From assembly GCF_009914755.1 (NCBI RefSeq), contig NC_060926.1: DNA of 64,000 nucleotides. One strand, written 5' to 3'. This DNA comes from the human T2T-CHM13v2.0 reference genome, Homo sapiens. The notes below the pieces were generated by a model that saw only the letters and a list, made by a program, of their open reading frames with translations, had not been told where the DNA came from and did not search any database. This document shows positions 13,879 through 27,545 of the stretch, piece by piece. The translations under genes and the position numbers were made by a program. Each line of letters starts with the position of its first letter. The stretch's first letter is position 1.

Positions 13879-14334
13879 TTAGATATAATTCGTCATCCTC
13901 TCGGTCAATTATTAGATACAGATTGCCTGGCCTGGAAAGATAGGAAGGAACAGAACAGAAGAAGGATGAAGGCAGAGAAGCTGGGGATTCCCAGGAGAGG
14001 AATGGATGAAGCGTCTTTGAGAAGAACTGAGTAACTGAGGGTAGAAGAGAGTCAGTGCCAAAGGCCAAAAAGAGGGCAAGGCCTTGATTTTCCCTGTGAA
14101 TGAGGTGGTCAGAGAAAGAATATCAGACGGGTTTACTGAGGCAGAAAGCTCCAGATCAGTTTTATAAAATCTACTTGCCCGGAGTGACATGGGAAAATAC
14201 AAAATATTTTCTCTGGGCCTAAGAGTTGTTCAGATAGAATCCAAGAGCGAGCAGACAACAGGGCTCTCACCGGGTAAGAACAAGCACATTGTCACTTATG
14301 CCAGTATGGAGAGAGGGCAAGGGCCAATGACAAT

Positions 14335-15431
14335 TGCGGCGCTCTGAATGTTTGTATTCTACCACCCCCATTCATATGTTGAAACCTGATTTCCAGTGTG
14401 ATAGTACTGAGGTGGGATAATTGGGAAGTAATTGGGTTCCTTATAATGGCATTAGTTTCCTTACAAAAGAGCTCAGAGGAGCTTGTCCCTTCCCTTTTGC
14501 CATGTGAGGACACATAGCAGGTGCCTCCTAGGAGAAACAGACCCTCATCAGACATCTAATCTGCTGGTTCCTTGATCTTGGACTTTGCAGCCTCCTGAAC
14601 TGTGAGCAGTAAATTTCTGTTGTTTATAAATGATGCATTCTTTAAAAAAATTTTTTTTTAATTTCCATAGGATATTGGGGAAAAGGTGTTATTTGGTTAC
14701 ATGAGTAAGTTCTTTGGTGGTGATTTGTGAGATTTTGGTGCATCCATCACCTGAGTAGTATACATTGCCCCCAATTTGTACTGTTTTATCCCTCACCCCC
14801 TTCTAATCATAGAAATGCAAATCAAAATCATAATGCGATATCACCTTACTCCTGCAATAATGGCCATAATAAAAAAATCCAAAAATAATAGATGTTGGCA
14901 CAGATGCGGGGAACAGGGAACACTTCTACACTGCTGGTGGGAATGTAAACTAGTACAACCCACTATGAAAAGTAGTGGTAGATTCCTTAAAGAACTAAAA
15001 GTAGAACTACCATTTGATCCAGCAATTCCACTACTATCTACCCAGAGGAAAAGAAATCATTATACAAAAAAAGATACTTGCACACTCATGTTTATAGCAG
15101 CATAATTTGCAGTTGTAAAAATGTGGAACCAATCCAAATTCCCATCAATCGAGTGGGTAAAGAAATTGTGGTATTTACATATGATAGAATACTACTTAGC
15201 CATAAAAAGGAATGAATTGATGGCATTCACGGCAACCTGGATGAGACTGGAGACTATTAATCTAAGTGAAGTAACTCAGGAATGGAAAACCAAACATTGT
15301 ATGTTCTCACTTATAGGTGGGAGCTAAGCTATGAGGATGATGCAAAGGCATATGAATGGACTTTGGGGACTCAGGGGATAAATGATACATTCTAAGGCAT
15401 TTTGCTGTAGCTGCCTGAATGAACTGAAACA
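14335..15431 (+). mobile_element. MLT1A/MST-like MaLR solo LTR interrupted by an L1
   Basis: TG...CA termini with perfect 5-bp TSD ACAAT (14330-14334, 15432-15436); LTR resumes after the L1 at 15378. Confidence 0.85.
14642..15377 (-). mobile_element. L1PB-type 5'-truncated, 5'-inverted L1
   Basis: T-tail and reversed 3'UTR 14642-~14802, then a plus-strand ORF2 C-terminal piece ([24 protein letters not shown]); 16-bp TSD ataaatgat(g/a)cattct. Confidence 0.9.
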
Positions 15432-17254
15432 ACAATGAAGATGGGACCTATTAGCTCTTTCCAGTACTATCAATGGCTTAGAGCAGTGTATGTGCCTGCT
15501 AATTTAGAAAGAGCACCAGGATGAGGGTAGGAGAGCCACTGAATAGACTTAAATTAAATGTCCACTACCTGGTAGAATGGAAATTTGCAAATATGCGTAA
15601 TAAGTTTGGGTATAGACAGATTAAGTAATTGAATTTGTTTTATTCTTGAGTTTTTGAACTTGGTACTTTTCAATATATCTACATGGGATGGATAGATAAA
15701 TAGAGATATCAGTATATCTAGATATTAATATGTCTATATAAATCAATATATACCGATCTATATATGAATAAATTAATGTGTCTACATAGGATATCATTTT
15801 TTATTTAAATAAAAAAAGTTTGAACTAAATAATATATGAGTTCCCCTTCAGTTATGGCAATCTAGAATCTTGATTCCATAAATGAGAGCTTTATAACCTG
15901 AATGTATTTATTTTTATCTTATGTAGAAGCCAAGATATTCTGAAGATTCTTGTAAACCCATTCTTCAATTAAATTCCTCCACCTAGCTTCAACTACAATA
16001 AAATACATGCACGGCATACACATACCATTTAAGTAAAATCTTAAAATCCAAACGCTACAGCATGGCTTCTGCAGTTGGGCCCCTATTATCTCTGTATCAC
16101 CTTCTGCTCTTGTGTCAGTCACTGGCCCTTCTGGTCTGGGAACAACTGTATCAGCACTTGTGTTGGAGCCTTTGACCTTGTTACTTCCCCTGTCTGGAGT
16201 GACATTCCCTTAATGCTGCATAAAAGGTTGCTTCTCTTCTTTGAGATCTCAGGACAAATATCACCATTTGTGCAAGGCAATCGTATTGACTGACATACCT
16301 GCCCTCTGCATCTTTTTCTTCTTTAACACAAGGCCCTGTCTTGTGTCCATGTCCAAGGCTGCTTGGTTTGGGCATTGCCAATGGCTGCAGGCTGGGAGGA
16401 TGAGTGTGGGTTGAAATCTGACTCACAGATTCCTCCTGAGCTCTAGAGGAACATCTTCTTTGTATTAGTAAGAGGCAGTATTGAGTAGACAAGCCTTTCA
16501 TCGCAGTGGGAGTGGTATTTTTCTTCTCTGTTTTGTCCTCCTAGAGGAGACAGTTGTTTTTAATTCATATAATGGCCTATGAACTAGCATGTATTATCTT
16601 ATATATTTGTGTTTGGTTTGCTTATTTATTCATCTGCTCTGTCTTAACTTATTTATCATCTGCTTTTACCCAGTAGAATTTACATTCCACAAGGATATGG
16701 ACCAAGTCTCTTTGGTTCATCTCTGTAATCACAGATTTTAGAATATTGCATGGCACAAATTAGTTGAGAGGATTAGATACCAGGACACCACCTCTATTCA
16801 TAATTTAAAATATTATTAAATTCACATGCTATGACTTTCTAAGGAATGCCCACCATTTCTCATACTATCTATGAATTCCTTAAATGGACCTAAGTCTTGC
16901 TCCCCCACCAATGCCCCACATGTTCTGAGCACTCATCCTTTATTCTTTAGGTTTGCTTCGACCATAATGTTCTTCCTGCTCCCATCTATGCTTGAAGAAG
17001 TTCTACTTTCCTGGAGTAAATCTTGCATTTTCCAAGTAGGCTTCTTAGGTTTTGCCCCCATAAGTCTCCCTCCTTTTATGCTTACCAGAGAAATTTTCCA
17101 GTGCTCGGGAAATTCTCAGCAAAAAGCCCAGCCTATAGCAGATGCTTGACAAATGCCAGTTACCTTCTCCTGCATCTTGGAATTGTTGATCTAGCCCTTG
17201 TCTGTTTTTATAAGAGTAACTTATTTATAGATCATACATCCTCCTTCCCACTCC

Positions 17255-17306
17255 AACTATACAATTAACTTCTAGAGAAAAACTATACAATTAACTTCTA
17301 GAGAAA
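17255..17306. repeat. perfect 26-bp tandem duplication in an L2-like 3' end
   Basis: aactatacaattaacttctagagaaa x2. Confidence 0.95.
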
Positions 17307-17429
17307 AAGGACTGTGGGCTTTACATCTTTGTATTACCTGCTAGGCACATGCTAAAAATACTGAATACTTTGTTTTTAGTAAAAAAAAAAAATAATGGCA
17401 TAATTCTTAAATGCTTTAACAGTGGACCT

Positions 17430-17790
17430 CACAAGGACATGCATGGTGGTAGAGTTGGAGAACACCTGTGCACCCCTCATTATTCTGGTGCATAGACAAA
17501 GGTGGACTATTATACAGCAATTGGAAGTAATGAGTATGTGGCTGATGGCTGGACGTTAACAACATAGTGTGTGGTGAAAAAGAAACATAATGGGATATAA
17601 AAAATGCCACTTACAGGAATTAAGATGCATGCCTAAAAAACGATAGCACACACAGTGTATAAGGACACACAGACGTCAACATTAATCAGAATAGAATTGT
17701 TGCTGATAGTGGGGATAGGAGAATTAGGAGTAAGAAATGGTGAGAAAGGGAACTCAAAAAGTAAATAAACAAATACATTAACAAACAAAA
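17430..17790 (+). mobile_element. old L1M 3' fragment
   Basis: gaacacctg..ccctca..ggactattatacagcaa..aacatagtgtgtggtgaaaaag. Confidence 0.5.
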
Positions 17791-18869
17791 ATAGGACTGG
17801 GACCTTCCACATGCACTTGTTGATAGCAAGCCATGAACATAGAAGCGTGGTTAACACATGCCTCTGCCTTTGTTATATCCAAACAACAAGGGATAGCAAA
17901 TACCATGAGAAACAATCGCAAATACCCTCTCAGGCAGCAGCCTCTGGTGCTCTCCTTTCTTCCCCACTCAGCCGGGGGATGGTGCCCATTCTTGGAGCAT
18001 TTGGAGGTCCTCTGTTTACTTTCATCATCGGTCCTCTCTCAAGAAATTTCAGTCTTCTTTGCATTTGTTTGTGCAAACTTGGCAGAAAATGCTTGTCTTA
18101 ATCTACTTTATATTTTGAGCAACTTGCACAGCACTAGATAAGTAGTAAGTGTCAATAAATATTTGTTAACTTCATAAATTGATGATGGAAAAAAAGAGGA
18201 GTATTGGACATAAATTGGTAGAACTCATCAGGCTTTGTCAAGCTGGTCCCAGGTGAGTGCACTCTCTCTTTCTTTTTATCTTGGTGTGTGTATGTGTGTG
18301 TGTGTATATATACATATATGTTAGTGTATTTTATAAATTTTTAATATATACTGTATATTTAATACTTAAACACATAATATTTTATAAATAATTTCCTTAG
18401 AGGAATTTATAAAATATGACACATTAAAGTATTAAGTATAGAATATAGATATTTAATACTTTAATAAATATTATATATTTAATATTTAAATGTATTATAT
18501 ATTAAGGAATTTATACAATGCTATATAGAGTATTTTAAAGCTTTGACTATTACTTTCTAAACCACCATTAGAAAACTCCTTTTTCTATGACTCCTTCAAA
18601 TAAACAAACCATATTTATGCCTCCTCCCATGAAGTTTAAATTCAATGAACCTACCTATCCCAAACTCTACCAAACTGCTTTGAATTTTAAGATTGGAATC
18701 TCAATTTTGGTGTCCAAAAGTAGATCAAATCTGACATGAGGGTAAGAAGGCTGAGTGATGGGCATCTCGCATGCCATAAACACACAGGAGCTTTGAGTCC
18801 TTTATTTTGTTCTCTAACTTTAGCAAGTACTAGGCAAGAATACCTGAAAATATTTTTGTCCCAGGGCTA

Positions 18870-19110
18870 TTTCTGCAGGTGTCAGGCAGCCTTGCAACTT
18901 TAGCTTAATGCCCTGGAGGTAGGAGATAAGCTATCAAACGGTTCAAAGGCAGTTAGGTCCCCTAATATGTGTTTTTGTCTGTGGTAAATGTATTTGCTTT
19001 CACTCTTTAATCTGAAAATACTTATCAGCGAAACAGCAGCCATAGAGTTGGGGCAATGGCAGATTAACAATGGTTTTACAAAAGGGTGTGTTGAAGTTTC
19101 CGTTCTGTAG
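18870..19110. promoter_or_regulatory. candidate GATA/TAL1-type enhancer module
   Basis: CTG-N9-GATA (18913-18928), adjacent inverted CTATCA 18931, MYB AACGG 18937 and CAGTTA 18950, TCF/LEF TTCAAAG 18942, RUNX-like TGTGGTA 18980, CTTATCA 19021, SOX AACAATGG 19066. Confidence 0.55.
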
Positions 19111-19774
19111 TAACTGCATTCTTTTAACTGCTAGAAATGCCCTTTCATAACCCAGAGACGTCTTAATCATGTCTCCTTAAAGCTGTAGGATTTTCGATGA
19201 ATTAAATATCTCATCATTTACTGCACTCACCAAACCTGAGGAAATTATTTTTGAAAAATCAAATCGAAACTGTGTTATATGTGAGCATGATGTTTATTTC
19301 AAATGTACAGCTCTACTGTCCTTCTATATTTAAAGAAAGATGTCTAGCAATTACAATAACTTGACTCAAGAATCAAATATTTAGGGCAGCAAACTGTGTC
19401 TATTTCAGGGCTTGCAGCTGACGTACATTCTTAGGATATACAGGATAAACACAGTATTTCATTTCAAGTTCCTAAAAAGGGAAGTGACCATGAGCAGGAT
19501 GAAAATGCTTTGTTACCACACATCATATGCGCTTGCAGCTAGCTGGAGTTTGGGCAGCTGAACTGGGCCATTAATAAAAGTCTGACACAGCCTGTGACTG
19601 AAGACATTTAAAAGGTTAACATATTTCAGTCTTTCACAGAGGCATCAAGAAATGTACATCCATAGAGTTATTAATACATTAGTTGAGCCTGTAATTATTA
19701 TCCTAATGGCTCTTATCAAAAACAGCAAGAGGTAGGCAAGAAATGGATAATTACAGGATGAGCAGAGGGAGATG

Positions 19775-19777
<3 letters not shown>

Positions 19778-19815
<38 letters not shown>
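19778..19815. repeat. poly(T)38
   Basis: direct. Confidence 0.95.
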
Positions 19816-20089
19816 CAAAAAGCTTTCCATCAGCATAATGACCAGAGTATCTGGGACTCATTCTGAATTGCATTAACCAGATGATGTGATTATTAAGTAA
19901 CTTACTTAATTAGCTCTGTTCACCAAAGGTTAGTGCAATCCAGCTTCCCCATCCCTCCCCACTACCTGCCCCAGGTAGAAGCTGCCCTCCTTCCCTTCCA
20001 ATAAACAGCCATGCATCCTCTTCGACCAAGCCTGAAAGTATCATTGTTTCCATGACATTTTCCTTAACTCTATGAAAGGAAACTGTCTC

Positions 20090-20130
20090 CCCATCCATCC
20101 ATCCATCCATCCATCCATCCATCCATCCAC
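20090..20130. repeat. (CCAT)n tetranucleotide STR
   Basis: direct. Confidence 0.95.
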
Positions 20131-20973
20131 CTACATAATTTTCTATGTCTTTCCAAAATGGATCTGAGTTGGCTGTCAGCGGACCATTTACTAAAATAAG
20201 ATTTTTAAAAATCTAGCGATAAAAATAAGGGAATAAAGAGAAAGTAAGAGAGAGAGCAGAGAAGAGACACTCTGGAGCACAGTCAGTGTGCAGAATGAAT
20301 GCCATATGGTTCTACAGGGTTACCACAGATTGTACCCACATTTGTCTTTTCTCTCCTTTATAGCTAAGACAAAGAAAAACTACATATATTATCACTTGTA
20401 AAGTCAACTGGTCCTTAAGGCAAAAATGAACCAGTGGCTGAGAAGAAGCACAGCTTTGCTTTTCTTTTTTTTTTTTTTCTCTAAAATCAAGATACTGCTT
20501 GTCCCACGTCTTCATGGGGCAGCCGCCATGTGAAGCTGTGCATGTCACCTTCCATGGTGTCCCCACCACCGACACAGTGGCACATTTCTTAGGGCTGTCT
20601 GGGGGCAGCTGGTGGCATAACATTAACTTGAAAACCAGTAAAGGAAAATTAATGAAAGACCAAAATGGAAAAGTCCCTTAGTACCTTTGATTATTGCAGT
20701 TTAAGCAATTATTGTAGTGTTTCTTGTTTCTTGTTTAGTTTTCTATCTTTGCGTTAAGTCAATTCCTTAAGACAAAAATAATAGGATTTTATTCACCTGT
20801 GAATCTATAGAGATGAATAGTGCCTGGAACTGTTAATATTTCTCAAATGAATTAAATAATGTGCTGTAAATACAGGATTTTTTTTTTGTTTATCGCTTTG
20901 CTTTTTTTTAATTAAAGAAAATGCCCTTTCTTGGAGTAATCCTAAAAAGTTGAGAAGGTGGATTAGAATAATC

Positions 20974-21081
20974 AGCAGAGAGGCCTCGGAGAGTTATCCC
21001 AGCAGAGAAGCCTCGGGGAGGTGTCCCGGCGGGGGAGCCTCGGGGAGGTGTCCCGGCGGGGGGGCCTCGGGGAGGTATCCC
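20974..21081. repeat. 27-bp x4 GC-rich minisatellite
   Basis: units at 20974, 21001, 21028, 21055 sharing gcctcgg..ag.t.tccc. Confidence 0.95.
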
Positions 21082-21126
21082 CTTTTTGCTGTTTATGTTT
21101 ATGGTGCCAGCTCATGCAAGGGATGC

Positions 21127-21546
21127 TGTAATGGTTAATTTTATGTGTCAACTTGTCTGGGTCACAGTGCCCAGATATGTCATAGAACATTATTCTGGAT
21201 GTTTCTGTGAGGGTGTTTTCGGTGAGATTTAAATTGCTGGACTTTGAGTAAAGCTCATGGTGCTCCACATTTATAAGTGGGCCTCAACCAACCATCTGAA
21301 GGACTGAATAGAATGTAAGACTGATAAGACTGACTTTCCCTTCTCCCAGCAAGAAGGAATTCTCTGGAAGACTGTCTTTGGACTCAAACTGAAACTCTTT
21401 CCCGTTTTCAGCCTGCCAGCTTCCCCTATCAAATTTTGGACTCTCCAAGCCCCCACAATCATCAGAGCCATTTCTTAAAATAAATCTCATTTTTATATAT
21501 CTACATCTTCATCCTATAGTTTCTGTTTCTCCAGAGAACTAATAAA
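21127..21546 (+). mobile_element. MLT2 (ERVL) solo LTR
   Basis: tgtaatggttaattttatgtgtcaacttg start; tctgtttctccagagaactaata end. Confidence 0.85.
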
Positions 21547-21573
21547 ATGCATCCACTCACTGGTCATCTGTAA

Positions 21574-21925
<352 letters not shown>

Positions 21926-22699
21926 TTGAGTGTCCTCTCTTGCCTTGACACATCCCACGTTTCATCCCAATCATCACAGCCGCTGCTGATAACTTTGTAG
22001 CATGTGGCTGAGAGTCTTCTTTGGAAATGCAGCAGATCCATTGTAAATAGGAATCCAACTAATGAGAAAGCAAGACCATGGAAAGCCAGAGCCATGAAGG
22101 CGTGGAAAACCAATTCACTCAGTCCTGCTACTCCTGTTTCTTGCTCTGAAGAGAGGCCTAGGAGTGGCTACTTTAAGCCGGAAGTGCACAGGCTTTGCAG
22201 TCGGGCAAAGGAGGATGCGCAGTGGCATTTAAGGACCGATAACTAGGAGTTGGAAGGGTATCAGGCCATCCCAGGGGATGTTACAATGGAGAGAGGTAAA
22301 CATAAAAGCCACATGCGTGGCTTTTTACCCAAGCATGGCACTAATTAAGAACATGGAACACAAAAACAATCTCTGGAATTTTACAGGTTTCAGGAGTGTA
22401 AGTCCCCAATTGATGAGATTAAGTTTCTACCATGTAGCAAAACAGAGGTTTGAAATGAATATTGCCCATGTACAGAAAATACAATTACATTCTTGCAAAA
22501 TTGATTTTTTGCAGGCTGAGATTAATATCTGCTCCAAAACTTAATATTGTAGAGTAAATGGTGACACATCATTAGTACTTAGATTACATATATTAACATA
22601 TTAATATAGATGAGTATCATAAAATAACATACTTATATATAATGGTAAATAAGAAAAATATAAAGCTGAGTGACGATGTAGAATAAACCACTGGTTCTG

Positions 22700-22900
22700 T
22701 GGGCAAACAAAACTGTATTTGAATCCCAGATTCATGACTTGACCCGGGAACTTCAGGCAGGTACTAATATTTTCTTAGGTAGTGGTTGCATTTTAATCTG
22801 TAAAATGGAGACAATCTTTTGACCTTGGAGGAATTTTGTCAGAAATAAATTTGATTAAAAATCTAAATCATTGAGTCCAGTTTCTGACCAAATAGTGCTC
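22700..22900 (+). mobile_element. MIR SINE
   Basis: tttgaatcccag...atctgtaaaatggag core. Confidence 0.55.
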
Positions 22901-23079
22901 AGCAGATGGTGTTTCCTGGATTCTGTCCCAGTGTGTAAAATATGTATGAATGAGGAGGACGCCTGGAAGGAAATAAATAAAACCGAAAACACATTTGTTG
23001 GGGTGATGAAATGATGCATGATTAATTTTTCACTTTTCAAAAATTTCTGCAATGTTGCATCATTCTTTTAACAATAATA

Positions 23080-23328
23080 TATATACTATATATATACATA
23101 CATATATATATACTATATATACACATACATATATACTATATATATACATATATACTATATATACACATACATATATGTACGTGTGTGTGTATATATATAT
23201 TATATATAATATATATATTATATATATTATATATAATATATATTATATATATATTATATATAATATATATTATATATATATTATATATAATATATATATA
23301 TAATATATATTATATATAATATATATAT
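23080..23328. repeat. AT-rich (TA)n-derived repeat
   Basis: direct. Confidence 0.95.
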
Positions 23329-25519
23329 CTGAGAAAGCTTTTCACCAAGCTCTACAGTCCACAAAGTAAACAGAGGAATGTGTCAGATAAATTTGGCTTC
23401 TCTCTCTGACCCTGCTGCCTTACACAGAGAGGGGCGGAGCAACGGGGGAGCCCAAGCACTTCCTTTTTGGTTAATCAGCTTGACCCACTGATTGCGACAC
23501 TCCAGAGCCTCATGCTTTTCTCAGCCTTTAAGTATCTTTCTGAATTGCTGTCCAAGGGCAAATTTTTCCTGTCAAACAGACCTGCAAGGTTGCTAGGCAC
23601 ATACAAGGAAAAAGAGATTCTGGTTACTCAATACTTGTTTTGCAAAGTCTGTTTAAAAAAAATTGCATCATATCTCATTTGATGATTGTGCAATGCAGGG
23701 TGGATACCTAAACTGAAAGTTAAGTAAGACTGAGCTGTCGGCACCTTTGCAATTGAGACATCCATTTATACGCCAGTGGAAAATATTCAGTTGTTATTAG
23801 TTTTAAGTAAAAAAAAGGGGGATAAAGCCAATGAAAATAGACCCCAATGCTCCCTGCACAGATAAAATACACACAGAAAATTTCCTATCCTGTTTCTTCT
23901 CAGGTATTTGGTACATTATGCTCCTGTGATGAATATAAATAGGATTAGTCTTTGGATCCTGCCAATTCACCTGGGGTTGTCTTTTAGTACAAAGAGTACC
24001 GATTAGGGAATTGCCCAATCTGGATGCAAATCCTGATGACTGGCAAATGACTTAATCTCGCTGAGTGGGATTTTCTTCCTCTTTATGATGAGGATGGTAA
24101 TAGGAAGTCAGAAATTAGTGGAGAATAACTGTAAAGGACTGAGGCTATAGCCTGGCATGCATAGGGGATCAATACATATTAGTTCCCTTCCAACTCTTAA
24201 TTTTCCTCATCTTAAACTGCTCGCCGTAATGGGTCCTGTTTCATGCTCACTTATCAAACATCATTCCGCCCCAGGACCTACATTAATACTTGGGGTGGGG
24301 TCAACAGATACAGGGAAGAGTCAGCCATGGGCACTGCCCTTCACATGCTCACAGTTTATTGGTAGAAGAGGCACATCTGTGAGTGGATTCTGGAAATAGC
24401 AGATGGCAGGGCATCATAAGGGAGAAGTTTATGGAGCCTGGGGAGGCAGGTATGGAGGGAGATTGAAGAAGGAGAAATACTTCTACACTCAGAGGTGCCA
24501 GAAATCACTGTGCAAGAGCTGGGCTTCCATCTAATGGTGTACTATAAGCAAAGCACAGTCCTAGGGAATTTGAGCTGTGTCCCTAAAAACAAAACCATCA
24601 GCTCATAGTCTGTTTACACAGTTGCTTCTCTAGTTGGTGTTTCTCTAACTTTGGGGCATCATTCACCCTCTGCAAATGTCCGTTTCCTCAACCTCCAAAC
24701 ATGGTCAACATTCCATGCTTCTTGAGTATGTGTTCTGAGGGAAGAGTTGGCAGTGCAAGAGAATGGGACAGGATGGGGAAAGGGAATTAGTGTTCAGTGA
24801 TATAATTGACATGAAATTGGTTAAATATAAAATCTTGGGAAAACGTGAGACATTATTATGGTGCATAATTACATGCTTAATACAAGAGATGTGGGTTTTG
24901 AATCAGACAAAGGACTCAATGTTTTGCACAGATTCAACACTGGTACTTTGAGTAAACTGGATACTTCTTTGTTGATCTAAAGGGAAGAAACAGAGACAAT
25001 CCCCAGTCGAGAGTTTCCACAAGCAGTTGAAGTGCATTGCTCAGCCGCAGCTCATTCCCTCACCCAGCACATGCTCTGTTACACTTTCTACTGTCTTTGG
25101 CACAGAGAGTGCACACACATATTCTCAAAGGGAAAATGCCATGCAAATGACACATTTTTCACAAGATGTGGAATTTCTTGTGTCTGTGATAGGCCTGAAG
25201 GCTCAGAGATAGGTACGATTTTTAAAATTGTTGTCATAGAACAAATAAACTTGAACTGAAGCCTCTATCCAAACACACCTGACACCTAGAAATTGGGAAC
25301 CTTTGGCATCAGTCCAGCAATAGCAGCTTTTTGGGTGCTTGACGGCACTTTAAACTCAAAGTTAATTTAGCAAGTGTGTTTCCAGAAATGACAGAAAAGG
25401 ACTGTCATAGGACTTTGAAATTTTAACCTGCAAATTTCAGATACGGTTGTTAATAGAAAAATTCTTATAAAAGTAGCATAATAATCCTTTTAGGGCTTAA
25501 ATTTTTTTATTCAAAATAT

Positions 25520-27260
<1,741 letters not shown>

Positions 27261-27270
27261 TTAAGGGGCA

Positions 27271-27545
27271 GTTTGGGAGACTGAGACAGGAAGATCACTT
27301 GAGGCCAGGAATTTGAGACCAACCTGGACAGCAAAGTAAGACCCCATCTCTAGAAAAAAACAAAAAAAATTCGCTGGGCACACTAGTATGTTCCTGTGGT
27401 CCCAGCTACTTGGGAAGCTGAGGTGGGAGGATCACTTGAGCTCAGGAGGTCAAGGCTGTAGTGAACCCTGGTAATGCCACTGCACTCTGGATTGACTAAT
27501 AGAGCAAGACCTTGTCTCTCTCAAAACATAAATGAAAACAAAAAA
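27271..27545 (+). mobile_element. AluJ (5'-truncated)
   Basis: gatcacttgaggccaggaatttgagacc, ggaggtcaaggctgtagtga. Confidence 0.85.

Noticed and set aside
14776-15327. Two ORFs with protein-like sequence
   Set aside because: Decayed L1PB ORF2 end and 3' region
20974-21081. CRISPR-like array
   Set aside because: Head-to-tail units with no spacers, in eukaryotic DNA; it is a minisatellite
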